The notes below the pieces were generated by a model. That model had not been told where the DNA came from. It ran no database searches and worked only from the letters and a program-made list of their open reading frames with translations. The translations under genes and the position numbers were made by a program. DNA of 59,538 bases, counting the filler, from Porpidia crustulata (Eukaryota): NCBI GenBank assembly GCA_964255105.1. It is 4 parts of 4 records of this genome, joined end to end, with 100 filler letters (N's around TTAATTAATTAA, not from the genome) between each part and the next. Parts side by side here need not be neighbours in the genome. Positions count along the whole stretch, not along the records: positions 1 to 14,841 come from CAXUWE010000355.1; 3 more parts are not named here. One strand, given 5' to 3'. Of this stretch, positions 1-14,841 are shown piece after piece. How positions within the stretch are numbered: position 1 is the first letter of the stretch; every line of letters begins with the position of its first letter.

Positions 1-64
1 GATGTTGCGTACACGGAAGCACCCCGTGGTAGGTGGGATTTGTAAAATCAATAGAAGAGCGGAC

Positions 65-782
65 CTTTGACTGGGATCGTGCCCCCTCTAAACCTCCTCC
101 GCTTGATATCCAATATCCCCGAGTAGTTCCCACTCACCACTGGCACGATATCCACCCCAGCCTTGACCGCCAGGTGAAACGCTCCCTTCTTGAACGCGCC
201 AAGCTCCGGCCCCCTCGCATAGCTCCTCGTGCCCTCCGGGAAAATAAACACGGTCTGTCGGTGTCGGTTCATTTCCTCCGCCGCGCTCTCAAACGCCTTG
301 ATCGCCCCGGCTTTGTCCGCGCGGTCGATGAACACGGTCCCGGAAAGGGCCATGAACTGACCGAGGAAAGGAACCTTCTTAAGACTGGACTTGGCCGTTA
401 CAGAACAAAATGGCGGGAAAACTGTTCCGAGGAGTAGTACATCGAGTTCAGATTGGTGGTTACCGATAATCACGCACGGCCTTGTGTTCAGATATTCCTC
501 GCCCTCGACAATTTCGAACCGAACACCCGTAGCGAGGAACATTCCATATTTGAAACTCCGCGCCACGAGGTATTGCGCAAGACGATGATAGCCAAGCGGA
601 CGGAGGACGATAGAGACGAGGATACCGTACGAGGCGGAGACGAGGAGAGCGACGTAGGAGGTCAGGCAGCGGGCGTAGAAGGAAGCGGGCGCGTAGCCGA
701 GGTTGGCGAGGGAGAAGAGGGCAGAGACGACACCGGAGAAGACTATGAGCATCTGGAAGAAGAATTGAGAAACGGGGTGCAT
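65..782 (-). CDS. SLC1: 1-acyl-sn-glycerol-3-phosphate acyltransferase (LPAAT), exon 1; 3' end lies outside the window
   Basis: NHQSELD (NHxxxxD), FIDR and FPEGTRS acyltransferase motifs; hydrophobic N-terminus; frame breaks at a GT donor (GTCCGC, 64) after TIPVK. Confidence 0.9.
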
Positions 783-1341
783 AGTGGTTGTAGAGACGGC
801 GTCTGAGAACTGGATCGATTTGAATGTGGAGGGTTCGGAGGTTTCGCGAGAGAGAGGGAAACGCTGGGAATTTTCTGCAAAACTTGGTGCAATTGCGATT
901 TTATATGTAGCGAGTGTGGGGCGGATGGTCTTTCAGGAGCGTAGGATCATAATCATGCCGTTACGAATATAGGAATAGTAATGAAAGTTTTAAACGTGAT
1001 GCGGTGCACATGAACGGATTTTGTGGGGGATTTTACTCGTGAGACGTTATTTTCCTAATCAAGTAAAGTCTGGCTGGCACGCCCACCAGTTGGCATGCGC
1101 ACGGAAATCTTATTGGGTGATTGGGTCTCAAGACAATGGAGGGTCAAGAATGACTGCTACTGAATCTTGCTCATAAATACCAACAATACGAAAAGCGCCA
1201 TTCCTTCTGCACACCACCGTCGCCTTCTATCAAAGTAATAACATGAAAAGCATCGCAGAATGGATGTATAAGCCTTTGTGCATGCGCTGATACGCACAAA
1301 CGAGTGCAGAATATTTCCGCTAATAACAATAGTACAGCTCA

Positions 1342-4300
1342 TCACGCTCCGGTCAAGTACTTCATAGTCTCTTCCCGTTCTTCAACAGGTAGCATTTCCA
1401 GTACTCGCTTGATCCCCTTGAGGCCCCCTTCCTTGTTGCTCCTCAATAGGGCTGCAATATCGAATGCAACTCCTTCAGACCTCAATCCTTCCATCTTAGT
1501 GTGGACAATCTTTTTGTTCTCTTCGTACCACATTGCTACGGCTCGGTCATTGTTGTCAAAGTCCTCAAGACTAGTCCAGGACCTTAAATTTTCCAAGCTG
1601 GTTGCGCGAGAGATCGGACCCCGGACGGATGTTGAAGCCATTTTCTTGAGGATCGACTCTTCGTTGAGACGGCGGCGAAGACGCCAGTAGAAGAAACGGC
1701 GAGCATTCTTCCATTGGAGTGGTTGGCGGATGGTATTCTTTGCCTTCATTCTACCCGCTCGATCGTGGAGATCAGCAAATTGAAGGGCAATCTGCAAGTA
1801 GACAGGAAGCAACAGTTGCTCTCGCTCGTTTAGCTTGATCTTGATATCGCTTTGTTTGTCTTGTGGTAAAGACCTGTCTGCGGCTTGACGCCTCAGTTCG
1901 GCGTAAGTGGGGTCGAGCCGAGCCATTGTCTCGAGCTGCTTGTCACGACGATACTTGATATTCACAATGGCCTCTGTCTCAAGAACACCGCCACGAGCGT
2001 CTTCGTCAGCATACATCTCCATGCGATCTGGATTAATTGTAGGGTCAACAACAACCTAAGGGCTAATTAGCACACGAATGATAGAACCTCAGATGACACT
2101 AACCCATGATCCACCACGAAGCTCGCCAAAGGGAGGTATGTACACAAATACAGGTTGCTCGTATTTGACAAGGGCATCAACAATGTATGATCCGAATTTT
2201 AGCACCTCGTTGTACATATCGCGCTGGCCTCCTGAAAATCCTCGCCAGTTGGCTAAAATCATCAAAGGCAGCTGCTCTCCATTGTTGAAGTCGTTGATAG
2301 CCTGAGCTGTTTTAAAGGCAGAATTAGGGTACCAAACTCCACCAGCCTCGTTCGTGATAGTCTCCGTTGAATCAGGATTGGCAGGATCGGCGGGCGTTAT
2401 ATTCTCTACTGAGCGAGTCTCGACCGCAATGACACCGATAGGAATCCCTCCTAGTCGAGCGCGTCCAACTACCACGGTTCTTGCCCAGCCCCCGAGTGAT
2501 TCTTGGAAAGAATCTTTGTCGAAGAGACCAGAGAGAAAACCTTCCTCGTCCTCTTTGCCACCAATGAGCCACCGAACATCGTACGCTTGCTTTGGTGGAG
2601 GGTAGTATGTGACAGCACGGTCCCACGAATCCGTACTTATACCAATCGGTATTGGGCTGTTCTTCTTGTCTGGTACAAACGACATCCAGTCAACTATTTT
2701 CGACACGCCCTCAAAATCGTCGTTAGCTGTCATGTGCGATACACCATTTCTGTACATTATTTGCGTTCCACCTAATTGTAGACTTGAAGTGTAGACCTCA
2801 CGGCCCAAGAGCTTGTTGATCGCAGCGGCACCCGTCAGAATAATCGGTTGCCCTTCGATCTGTATGGCTCTCTGACCAAGACGGACAAGGTACGCACCAA
2901 TACCTATACAACATTAGAAATAGAACCCAATTTTTAATGTTGGAATACTTACCAACTGATCGACATGTCACCAAGGTAATAGTGAAAATGTCTTCGTATG
3001 CTTTCGACGTAGCGCCAGCAATCAGCCCGGATCCCTTGAGACATTCTACACCCAGGCCGTCCTCGGCTCCAATAACGCTAACAATCTTATGCCTCTCTTC
3101 ACCATCGTCCATAATTTGCTCTGTGATGATATCTTTAGCTTTCCCTCCTTCAAACCTCTCCTTCTTCTGTTTTGTGAGATACAGGTACTTGAAGCCAGCT
3201 TCTGGCTTGTTGGGATCGTTCCAAGCAGCAGAGAAGTGGGGGATAATCTCTTCGGCCAGGCCAATACGGGCACCCGAGTTTGCTGATAAGTATATTCGAG
3301 GAATACCCAATCTACGGGCCAGTTCTGTGCATTTGAAAAAGAACTTGTCTTCTGCGGGACCGAAGGAGCCAATTTTAAAGGTAATGTCATTAGCGACGAT
3401 GATGAACTTCCTTCCCTTCGGATATTCAGGAGTCTTGGCCGTGACAATCCACCCTACCATACCATGCGTATTGGTCCCAGGTTCACGAGAGACCTCTGCC
3501 AGTTCATCATTTTCATCGAGCACTAATTCGCTATAGTCCATGCACTCGCCTGTCTGTGGTTGCTTGGCAGCCAACGACGCATGTTTTGCGACAGCTTTAG
3601 TCCAGGTATTTTGAAACGCCTGTCTAAATAATTCTGGGAAATCATAGACGAATTGGGTACCCATAAGATGAGCTTTGTATCTCTTTGGTTGTAGCCATTC
3701 CTTCGTTGGGTAAGGCGTTGAGACTGGTCTCAAATGCATAGCTCCAATCCTTGTAGTACCACCAATGCTGTGGAATAGCCATTCGCCGCCTTTTTCGGAT
3801 TTCTTTTCGGCGTACATCTCGACTTGAATGACAAAACCTGAAGTATTCGTGATAACAACACGGAGAGGATATGGTAATCCTGTACCGGGCTCTGTACATA
3901 TGATACGAATTTCCGCGCCAGTCACGCGTAGTCGCCATGCTCGACGTCCAAACCGATCCAAGAAGCCTGCAAGGGCCTCCTCGACCTCTTCAGGCTGCAG
4001 GGGAAAAACCGGAGAGAAGTTGATGAAGATATGATTCAGATCAGAGTTGTTATTGCCAATAATTTCCATGGCATCCAAGATATCGTTCATAAGTCTGTCA
4101 GCTTCCGAAGTAAGGTACTCCACCGTAGGAATCTCGTCACGTAGGCGGCCAGGTCGTACGACAGCACGGGTGAAGTACCTTTTGTCTACAGCCTTGTCAC
4201 TATCCGAACCCTTGCCAACTGCTTCATAGATATGAATGTTCCTATTCTCGGTAAAGACTGGCTTAACACGAAATTTAGACAGTCTACCGAGTTCGAGCTG

Positions 4301-7300
4301 GAATGCAAGCGCAGGTTCAATGTGGCGGATGCTGTCGTCCTCTAGATACGTCGGCCCTCTGAACGTGAAATAACCTGGATAGGTGCCGTCTCTATGCCCA
4401 CAGATGAATGTAATTCGTCTCACTTTACGATTGAGAAGCTCCTCTCTATATTCGCCAACGATCCCAGAGATCCTCTCCAGAATTTCATGATCGTCAAATG
4501 ATTCGGCGTCTCGAATGGCAACGTTGCAAACACCAGTGAGTTCTTCTTGCGGTTCTCGCTTAGGTGATGGCATCCTACGCTTCTGCGCAGACGTAAGCTC
4601 AGGCATCAACCCAGCTTGAGATTTCTTTCTGGAATCGGTGGCAGGAAATGTTTCCAATGCTCGCATAAGGTATTCTTCGGCCTCGTCCAGGTATTGAACA
4701 GGTACGATCACCCCCTTGCGCATAGGTTCGTCGGTACCTTTGCGAATCAAGTAGGACATATCGCTGATGGAACTAATTCGGTTAAAGGGGTTACCTTCTG
4801 CGGTGGGTGTGGCAGGTGTAGACGGATAAGAAGAAGTGATAGGCATGCCAAATTCTGCTTGGCCAACCTTACGAAGTAGGAAATCCCAGGATACAATATA
4901 GGGTGGTTCGTAATCATTGTGGTACTCAATACTTTTGAGCGAATACGCTCTGTAGGCACGGCGTATGTAAACCTCGAGGGCTGCTAATGATACCCACGGA
5001 TCCGTATGGCCGAAGAATTTCGGGAGAACGTCAAAGACTGTATACTTCGAGTCAACAACCTCCCGGAGCACGTCAAGATCCGGTTCTCGATGGTCCCATC
5101 CGGTCTCTCCGTATCTTGATTCCACCACGGATGATCTCAAGATATGTTCCATTTGCGCTTCTCGCTCCTCCAAAGACGGTAGTGCGCATTGTATCAAGAT
5201 TTCCCTAGCCTTGAGCGTGACTTTTGCAGTTTGCCTCGACTCCAGATCTGTGAGTTTTCGTAGCGAGTGTCTAAAATACTTCGCCACGTTTCCGGCATTT
5301 GGTCGATTAGGTTTGTACATCTCCAATATTGCAAGAATAAGATTGTTCTTGGCTCCAATCCTCGTATGCGAGAGCACTGTTTGAACGACTTTCGATATGT
5401 CATCTTTATTCTCATCTCGCAATTTCAGTATCACATCTTCATCTCTATTGTTTCGGCCTGAGAATAGCTTTTCGACATTGTGGTACTGGTCGATGAGGTC
5501 ACAGAATACCTGGAATTCGTGGACTTTAAGTCCTTCCGTGTACCGTTCCATGACCTCAGTAAGAGGAGCGAGGGTGCCTTTCAATGCGGGAGTATCCGCA
5601 GGACTCACACTTTCGTCCAGGAACCGTGACATAGTCTTCAGTAGTTGCTTTGCAGGAAACTCGGTCTTCCTGGTTCTTGATCTGTCAACAATCTGCGTAA
5701 ATGCTGTGTCGAGCTTGCTAGGCATTCTTGCATGTAGAGCCGAGAATTGAGCATTCCATTCGCCATAGGGTAATTCGGGATCCCTTAGTACCTCGATGAG
5801 TTCATTCAAGGTTGAAGCCATAATGACCTGATTGTCGAACCCCTGCAAAATGTTCTTCAATATGGTATACCGCAATGTGAACCGCTGCGGCGGCTTGTTC
5901 CCTACGATCTGTGGGGGGCCAAGGGGAGGGAGTTGTCCAGAGAACGGCTGGGCATGCTTGACTCTAGAAGGATCGTCCAAGGCAAGTATACCCAGGATAT
6001 CTCCGGCTTCTAAAGTAGCTCCTGGTTGCTTAATGAGTTGGACGATACCTTCTTCTTGGGTGATCAAAGGCATATACATCTTCATTACTTCAACTTCGGC
6101 AAATGGTTGACCAGCCTTGACATGCTCGCCGTTCTCGACTGTAAATTTGACAAGTTTTCCAGGGCTTGGAGTTCGTAACTGAGTCGGATCGTTTTCTTGT
6201 TCCAGTAGGCAAGTCTTACTGTCAACACTAATGCGAGTTGCGCCAACTTCCTCCTTCCAGTATATGTTATGGCTGCGTCCACTCAGTAGGATCAATAAGC
6301 CGCCATCCGCGAGTGCTCGGACACCAACCGCACACTTCGACCCGTTGATGAAGACATGGTAGCTATCCAAACTCGAGCGCGTAGCGGTGAACTTATACCT
6401 CACACCCTCGTAGATGAAATCGACAGGGAAAACGGTTTTGAGCACCTCTTTAGAAGGCACCTGCCCCTTTTCTAAACTTGCGCGATACTCGCTTATGCAA
6501 CCCTCGCTGGCAACGTGGGCTTTGGTCACGGCTCCACAAACCACGGCTAGCATAGGATCTGGCCTCTCCGCCGTCAATCTATTGGAGATTAATTCATCAA
6601 GCCATCCGGTTGTGATTGTATTGTTCTCGAATGCAGGTGTTTCAAGTAGTCTGATGAGGTACTCAACCGTTGTTCGGAAGTCACCACGAATGCTCAACTC
6701 TTTCAGGGCAACAACCATATGTTTCCGAGACGCCGAACGGTTCTCTCCATAAGCGAAGATGTGGCCAAATTGGCTGTCTGAGAAGCTGTGAATACCACCG
6801 GCTGTACCCACTGAGAAGTAGCCCCAGACGTTTGAGCTGCTTCGGAAATTCAATTCATGCATCATTCCACTGGAGGGCTTGAATCCTTCGCCGGGGTCCT
6901 CCGAGGTGATACGACATGCTGTGGTATGCCCCTTGGGTGTTGGTCGCCGTTGAGACGAGGTGCTGTCCATTTTGTCGAAGTTGAAGTCAATTTCGGATGA
7001 TGAGTATTGATCTGCCCCATATAATATCCGTATATCCTTTATACGATGGAGCGGGATACCCATGGCAATCTGAAGTTGTGCAGCGGGCAAATTGACGCCA
7101 CTAACCATTTCGGTCGTCGGATGCTCGACTTGTAGTCTAGGGTTCAACTCAAGGAAGTAGAACTTGTCATCCGCATGCGAGTAGAGATATTCCACTGTTC
7201 CGGCGGAGACATAACCAACAAGTCTCCCCAGCCGTACCGCAGCCTTTTCCATGGCCGCGAACGTTGCAGGCTTTGCAATTGTGACGGGAGCCTCTTCGAT

Positions 7301-8496
7301 GATTTTCTGATGTCTACGTTGCACGGAGCAATCTCTTCCGAAAAGTGAGATGTTATTGCCATATTCGTCGGCCAAAAGTTGGACCTCCAAGTGCCTCGCG
7401 TTGCCAGCAAGCTTCATGATAAAGATAGGTGATCCTGGAACTTCGCTCGCAGCGGCATTGTATAGGGAAGTAAAATTATCTTCGTTGTCAACTTTGCGAA
7501 TGCCCTTACCTCCTCCACCTTCTGAGGCCTTGACCATTACGGGGAAGCCAATTTTGCGGGCTTTTTCTAGGCCCTCCTTTGAATTGTGGGTGCAGCCCTT
7601 GTCGTAAACATCGTCGTCAACCGTGACGATACCGTCCGAGTCAAGTCGTACCTGATCAACCCCTTCTCCTGACCAGGGTATACATGGGACTTTGGCGTGT
7701 TGCGCGACTATTGTAGAGGAGATCTTATCGCCGAGAGAACGCATCGCAGAGCCAGGAGGTCCTATAAAAATGATCTTTTTTGGTGACGCTGCTAGTGACT
7801 CGGGTAACTTTGGATTTTCTGAGGCATGCCCCCTGGGACTGTCAATACTCCGCGATTTGGGTATGGCTGATTCGAGAGATCACTCACCATCCTGCCCAGA
7901 CCGCGTGTACGTTCATTCGCTCAGCAATATCAACAATCAGCTCAACATTGGCATAGTTGTTATTATTAGTTCCTCCTGGAACCTATACACCAGTGAGTCA
8001 GTACCGAATGCTAAAGGCTACTATCCACATTGTCTCAAGCACCTCCCCGAAATAGCACACACCTCAACATATTGATCTGCCATTCGGATGTAATCGGCGT
8101 TTGCTTGCAAATCCTCCGGCGTTGCCATGGCCGTGAATTGAATAGCTCGCTCGTCTCCAAAAGTCTCGTAAGCCCATTCTCGTACCGACCGAATCTCTTT
8201 AACCGCTGCGATTCCATTATTGGCGATAAGAATCTAATCAAAGTGTTAATTAGTGGACCTCGCCTCTAATAGATAACCTATAGACCCACCGAAGTAATCA
8301 CTGTATGTCCATCATGGCTGGCAACAAAGTCCTTTACAGGACCTGCCGGAGCTACCACCAGGTGATTACCGCCTATGAAATGAGCGGCAAGCTTGTGTTT
8401 TGCTGCGTAGGAACTAATGTTCTTTCCGTGACCATTTGCAAGAGTATGAGCAGCGCCGTTGACTTGCGGCGTCCCATTTGTCTGCGCAGTAGCCAT
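1342..8496 (-). CDS. ACC1: Acetyl-CoA carboxylase (BC-BCCP-CT multidomain)
   Basis: Exons 8496-8290, 8233-8063, 7982-7888, 7832-2953, 2903-2104, 2055-1342, all GT-AG. Motifs [35 protein letters not shown], biotinylation site EVMKM, CT motifs ANSGARIG and [13 protein letters not shown]. Confidence 0.97.
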
Positions 8497-9904
8497 TTCA
8501 GGTGTGTCTTGCTCGCTCTCGAGCAGTACTTCTTTGACTGCCAAGCCGAATGTACTGTGGTAGGTAATGGGGAAAATTCCTATCCTATGCGACTGTCATA
8601 CAGCAACCAGTGCTCACCGGTTTATTGGCTATTGCAGGTTGGAAAGTTGTCCTAGTGAGAAGGAGTCGCAGTCGCTTCGTGAGGAAGTGACGAAGAGCAG
8701 TAAAGTGTTGTAAGGGACAGAGGGAGGGAAGGTAGTTGCGGTGATATACGGGTAAAGTGATGAAGTCCAGGTAGGAGTGAAGTAGAAGAGCTTCAACGGA
8801 GCTCCCAAGCTGTTGAATAAGGCACTAGTCGGCAATGTCGGCGGCGTCGGGTACGGGGATCCTATTCCGTATCTGATTATCACTCGTTCACCGAAAACTG
8901 TCAGACTTGGGGGGATTGCATATGCAGGTCGGCTTGATACGGGTCACCTAATGATGAGATTGAGCGATTGAAACTCTGACGCTACACTAATGATGATTTT
9001 TGCAGATTTCTGGAAATACTCCATTGCATTCTACGGTCCTTGAAGAGCGATGAGTTTTCTTGTTGGGTCTTTCAGCTTTCATCATCCTCGGCCCTACGCT
9101 TGAATCATTGGGGGAGCAGGGGAGATACCCGGCGGGCTAAGGTGTCTAATCCCTGCCTGTTGGGCGGACCAAAGCGAGATTGTTGCGGGGTGAATTTCGG
9201 TTGATAAAGTCGGTCATCACCGACAGACGCCGGATTATATATCGTTCAAGTCAGACGTCGAGTGTCTTATGCTTCATATTTGATATGAGGCGCTTCTATC
9301 ATGTCACTACTCCATCTTCAACACCAGGCACAAACAACATCACACTATCGATTCTGCTGCAAGAATTGCATGTGGCGCCGGAAGTCATTGATAAGGTCTC
9401 GGCTTCTCTCGAAACGGAAAGCTCGAAGTAATCCTCCAATATCCTGAATCTTTCTGTTGTATGACAAGATCAAGATTTGGAAAAGCTGGGTTTCTTTGGC
9501 CGTCGGATATACGTTTCCCTCACCAACGTCATCACTGTGGAATGCCAATCGTCAATCTCCCATATTCTTGGGTAATGAAAGAAACATCGGCTGGCAGACA
9601 ACAGGTGTCCAGTGGTTTGCGAAGTCGTAGTCCGATACATTCCAGAAAGTAATGCGACGCTATTCTTGAGTAAAGACAATGTTAGTCCTCGTGGAACATT
9701 TGTACGTCGAGCATTGCGTGTTACTACCACGTACGTGTGAAGTTACACTGAATTGAACTGCCTATGAGGTTTTCTACGACGATGAATCCCAAGGCTCTCA
9801 TCGCTGCTCGTCTCAGTGAGAAATATTGCAAGTTTAAAGGTCCTCTGCGCAACACTACTTTGCTAGAAGTACCATTCACGAATTCTATATAATTCCCAAG
9901 TTTG

Positions 9905-11599
9905 TCACTCTTTGATATGGCTTGCTTGTTGACTGCTGCTGCTTCCATCGCCAGATTCCCCTGCATAAGCCTCCAAAACGTTCACGTTGGTTCGCCCTGT
10001 CACTGGCCCTGTGAAGCGTTTTCGACCAGTAGTGATCCAAGTAATTGCACTTATTAATCCAATGACACCAATCGCAGCACTCGTGTAATTCATGTTGTCC
10101 TTGTCCACGGGATTCAGTGTCGGGAAGTTGAATGTGATGGAGGTGAAAAGGAGGAAAATAAAGCCAGTAACATTTAGCACCACGCCCCATTTCCCCAGAG
10201 TATAAGGCCCCAGCAGGACACTGGCGTGACCAGTAAAGCGAGCCAGAATACGGGCCAGTAAAGGCATGGCGTATGAGAGATCTAGAGATATAGTAAGTGG
10301 CTGAAAGCGGCATGAAAGGCGAGGATTGTCTTACAGAAAGCTTCTGTTGCTATGGAGATAACGGTATTAAATCCTGTTACAGTTCCAAAGTAAATCGAAT
10401 TCAATGCCATCTGTACTCCGCAAGCGAGGAGTATCGCATACACGGGGATTTGCCGCTTGGATTCAACCTTCGAGAAAACTTTGGAAAAAGGTAGGCCATG
10501 GTCGCGTGCGAATGCATATAAGCTTCTGGATCCCTCGGCCATTAATGCGTTCGCGGAGACTAGGGCGATGATCACGATCATCGATGTCAGGAAAGAAGTA
10601 CCAACGACAGACTGCGTCGAGTCATAGAATATTTGAATCAAGGGGACCCCGGTTGAGGATTGGGCCGTGTTGGTGATGTCCCCGATGCAGAAGCAAATGG
10701 CGACAAGGAAGACGAAGCCTGTTACGGCGCCAATATAGACGGACATAATGATGGCTCGAGGTGCTTCCTTACTTGCATTCTTGAGCTCCTCAACCATGTG
10801 GGCAGGCGCATCATAGCAATTCATGCCAAAGGAGCTCTGAAGCAAACCAAGGATAGCAGCAAACCCTGTACCGAACCCTGTGAAATTTTGGAAGTCGTGG
10901 AAGACAAAGCTGGCTGGCTGCTTGTGATCGTTACAGGCAAGAATAACGACGATCACGACTACAAAAGACACAATATTCCAAAGCAATATTCCCCGAGAGA
11001 TCCTATCTAATAGATGTGGGCCGTATATATTGATGGCAGCGCAAAGGATGGCGATGAGATATGCGATCAGCACCGAGTGCCAGCGCTGGACTGTGTAATC
11101 GGGGAATGAGAGGTTTGCTAAGCCAAGGATGAAGTTTGCACTAATTTGATTATTGGTTGCTCCCATACTGAGTATTCCTATGGAAAAGTGTTAATTCAAC
11201 TTCAACAATATCTGTACGTGATGCCCTACCAGTAATCATGAACCATCCTGTGATCCACGACATTCCCCGTGCAATCTTTGGAGGGGCGAGCATTGCGACC
11301 CACGAATACTGCCCACCAGCCACTGGATAAGCAGAGCACATCTCTGCCATTGAGTATCCCACGGCAAGTGAAAAAATGCTGATGGCGATCCATGAGTAGA
11401 TCATCACTGGAGGACCTCCAGATTGGACACCAACGATCAAAACCCCTCCTAATGCCGTCCAACTTGTCACGATACTGAAGCTGAACCCAATCATACCCAA
11501 CAGGCCAAAAGAACGCTTCAATTCTTGCTGGTAGCCGAGATTTCCCAAAGCAGCCTCCTCCTGCACCTCATCATCGAAGGCCTTCTTTTCAAGCGACAT
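9905..11599 (-). CDS. APC-superfamily amino acid/choline/GABA permease (HNM1/UGA4-like)
   Basis: Exons 11599-11230, 11177-10335, 10281-9905; motifs LGYQQELKRSF, AEMCSAYPVAGGQY, YDAPAHMVEE, SRSLYAFARD and MNY; many TM segments. Confidence 0.9.
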
Positions 11600-11803
11600 G
11601 ACTGCTGCGACTGTCCTCCGATTCTCAGAGATTGATTGAGTCGAAGGAACGAGTGGATGTCAAAGTAAAAGGTATCAAGGGGTATAACCAGTACTAATGC
11701 TGCCTTATTGCAGCGCGCAATCATCAGCGTGGGGAGCACCACGAGTCTGGAGCATCTCATAGAGCTTCCGATGACTAGCGACAATCATGTCACCGTCATC
11801 TTG

Positions 11804-11991
11804 CTTATCTTGGTAGATAGCCATGGCGGTTGGTAACGATCACAGCAGATGGAATTCCACTAAATAACTGTTATCAGGTAGGCAAAGACGCAGGGATTGT
11901 ATCACCTTCCTAGGATTGGTCGACATGAGGGGTTGCGAGCGGGATGTTTATCTAAGTGTCTACTTAGGTCGCTTGCCTCGAACCCTTATCA
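11804..11991. promoter_or_regulatory. Cluster of five HGATAR sites upstream of the permease (possible AreA/NIT2 nitrogen regulation)
   Basis: CTTATCT 11804, AGATAG 11815, TTATCA 11871, TTATCT 11948, CTTATCA 11985; 200-390 bp upstream of the ATG. Confidence 0.4.
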
Positions 11992-13585
11992 CACGCGAGC
12001 TTCCTCGTTCCTATATCCGGGTAAAGCTGATGTGGTTACGATTTTCTTTTTCTCCAACACTGGAAATTGAAGTCAACGATATGAACCGCATGATACTAGA
12101 CATGGATGAAATGAGATGAAATGAGGATGTGTAACATACAGCCTTTGGACATGCTTATGATCAACGGCACCACGACCGCACTGTGGTATTCTCAAATAAA
12201 TAAATGCGTATTGGATTCCTTTAGCAGAATATCACAGTCTCATACAATGTGAGGAATGACTTAAACAACAGCACATGAGCGAGGATGGATTTCTCCGAGA
12301 CTTCGGGACCAGAATGGAGAAACAAGTGATGAAAGAGCATGGACATATGCAATACGGAGGTGCGATGTGGAAACGAACTGGAAAGAGATTTTTGTCCCTA
12401 CAAGCATCATTCTGGCAAAGGAGGCCCTTGCGAGGGCCGGAAATATCTGTCAGATATTCAAGACAATAGGAATATTGAGTTGGCATCAAACCCTATCGTA
12501 GTACTCGCAGAGTGCCGTTTTCACCCAGGCCAAGGAAGTCAACTGAGTTACCCATCGTTGTATCAGCAGCTCCGAATTTTCGTCTCAGATCTCATATGAC
12601 ACTGACAAAGTCACCGGCGGATTATGGTACTTCTGAACGGGCAGCGATAGTGTTTTCACGGCTTTGACGACCACCATCACCAAGCTTCAAGGGCAATGCG
12701 AGTTGGTATGCTTACTTCACCAGATCAGGCGCACTGGATGATGAAAGTTTTCCTTGAATCGACACATGATATACCCTAAGCATTATCTCCATAGAGAGCA
12801 GCCCGAGTCCGATTCTCCTCCAAACCTAGGATTGGACCCTTTAAGCAAGACGTTATAATCGAAGACCTGTCTGAGTCCGAAAGCTCACGAAAATGGCGAC
12901 CTGATCTGGGCCTCAAGTCTTTCCATCGGCGATAGAATTTACTCTTATAATTTCGACGTTCATATTCCTATGACTGTGCAATATGCTACTCGAGGGCAAT
13001 GCAATCCTAAACCTTGACTCTATGCTCTTAGAATGCCGGATCATTGAGATTAGGAATGCGAAGACGCTATAGTCTACCTCAGTTTCTGGCGGGATATCGA
13101 TGCAAGTATGATTGACGAATGATAGGGCGAGATGCAAGTTTATTAAGACCTTGAAGTACCCTGCCACCTTGCCTTACAGGGCTGATGGTGCATCTTACCG
13201 AATCGCGCTAGAGGTGTTGTTTCGCCGAAAGCGAACTAGCAACTGCAAGTCTGGGCGTGTTTGCGACCTCTGTGAACCACCATCAACAACAAATGTCAAC
13301 TCGGCAGTAGCAACAGCCCCCAGGCTTGGGGTAGCGAAAATTGGCGTCATTGGAATCGCATGAAAGGGGAAATAGGTTACACCTATTGTGGTAGGATACT
13401 GTCCCATATTCCTGGGTTAACGACACCTACAACAGCGCCCCCTCGGATAGTACGTAGTCTTCAGGACAGAGGTTCTTTGAGACAGGCTACTGCGACACAA
13501 CCGGAACAGGAATCATTGTTTGGTCTTCTCTTTTATCTGTAGATCTACTGGTACACAATCCGGCTTTATGCAAATATCGCTGAAT

Positions 13586-14841
13586 ATGTCACCATCGGAA
13601 GAGCCCGCCTCCTCGCCCCAAATGTTTGAATCGGAAGACTCACTGTCATATTACAAAGCTCAATACGAACAACTTGAAGCTGAACTCGCAGACTTCCAAG
13701 CCTCAAGCAGAGAGCTTGAGGCAGAGCTAGAAAAGGATGTGGAGGCCTCAGAAAAAAGGGAACGGCAGCTACAAGCCAAGGTCGAGGCGTTGACTTATGA
13801 AGTTGAGGAATGGAAGGTCAGTCAGCAAACTTCCTTTCAGAATAAATGCGGCTCACTGGCCATGGATCGGTACACTATCCTAGATACTGACTGACTGAAC
13901 ACTGACATTTTACGTTAGACCAAGTACAAACAATCAAAGACAGAGGCCAACACGGCACAAACGACGCTTCAGAAAGAGATTACAAGTCTACGGGACGCAA
14001 ATAGGACCATTCAGATGAAGCTCCGTGATGTCGAGGTGGTAAATGATGATTTCGAACGCCAGGCAAGAAATACGACCTCGTCACTCGAGGATTTAGAATC
14101 CAAATACAACGTGGCTATCGAGCGGGGTGTGATGGCCGAGGAAGAGATAAGGGCCGGTGAACAAGAAAGAGAATCTCTTAGAATCGAGACGCAACGATTG
14201 CGGGATGAACTTAGCGATCTCAGAGTTGAGGCAGAGATCAGACAAGACAAACTTTGTCGTGCAGAAGCGGTGGCGCTGAGGCAGAACGCCAGAAAACCGC
14301 CCCCTCTACATCCTAGTGTGGTGCGACCCTCTTCGGCAATGTCAGGTCATTCCCCAACAACAAGCACATCTTCCCCGACTGTCGCTACTCCGCCAACAAA
14401 GTCGACATCTTCGACGGTCTCGGAAACGCCCACCCCGCCTTCACCGCCGACTTCAGATCATTCACTTCCTCCAGCATTGAACAACCCCGCAAATAAACTT
14501 CCCAAATCCAGGATATCCACCGGAGACTCAAATACCACCCCGCGGCCCCTGCCATATTCCACACAGACAATTCGCCACTCCCGCCGCCCTTCTACCCTCG
14601 CATCTAACGGTCGCTCGACCCCCCTCATACCCCGCCACAGCACCCTCCATCGTCCTGATCAACTCAACTCCGAGTCTATCTTTCCTTCCTCTGGTTCACT
14701 GCACCAAATCCGCGGCTTGATAGGCAAAATGCAAAAACTCGAACAACGAGTCAACTCCGCCAGATCCAAACTCCCCGCTCCCACCAGTACACCTCCCCGC
14801 GCCTCCCCGCGTACCAACTCCGCCTCGGATCAATCCTCCAT
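13586..14841 (+). CDS. nudE: Nuclear distribution protein NudE/RO-11 (dynein regulator), 3'-truncated by a gap
   Basis: Exons 13586-13816 and 13919-14841+; coiled coil [42 protein letters not shown]-terminal [19 protein letters not shown]. Confidence 0.92.

Noticed and set aside
2937..7607. Many antisense and alternate-frame ORFs over ACC1 and other genes
   Set aside because: Shadow ORFs of real coding sequence
8497..8640. Non-AUG N-terminal (mitochondrial) extension of ACC1
   Set aside because: The frame closes at about 8598, and both candidate upstream donors bring in in-frame stops; the short extension is acidic and not presequence-like; a 5'UTR intron is more likely
12232..13450. Short ORFs between the permease and nudE
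   Set aside because: No recognisable motifs and no consistent exon chain could be built
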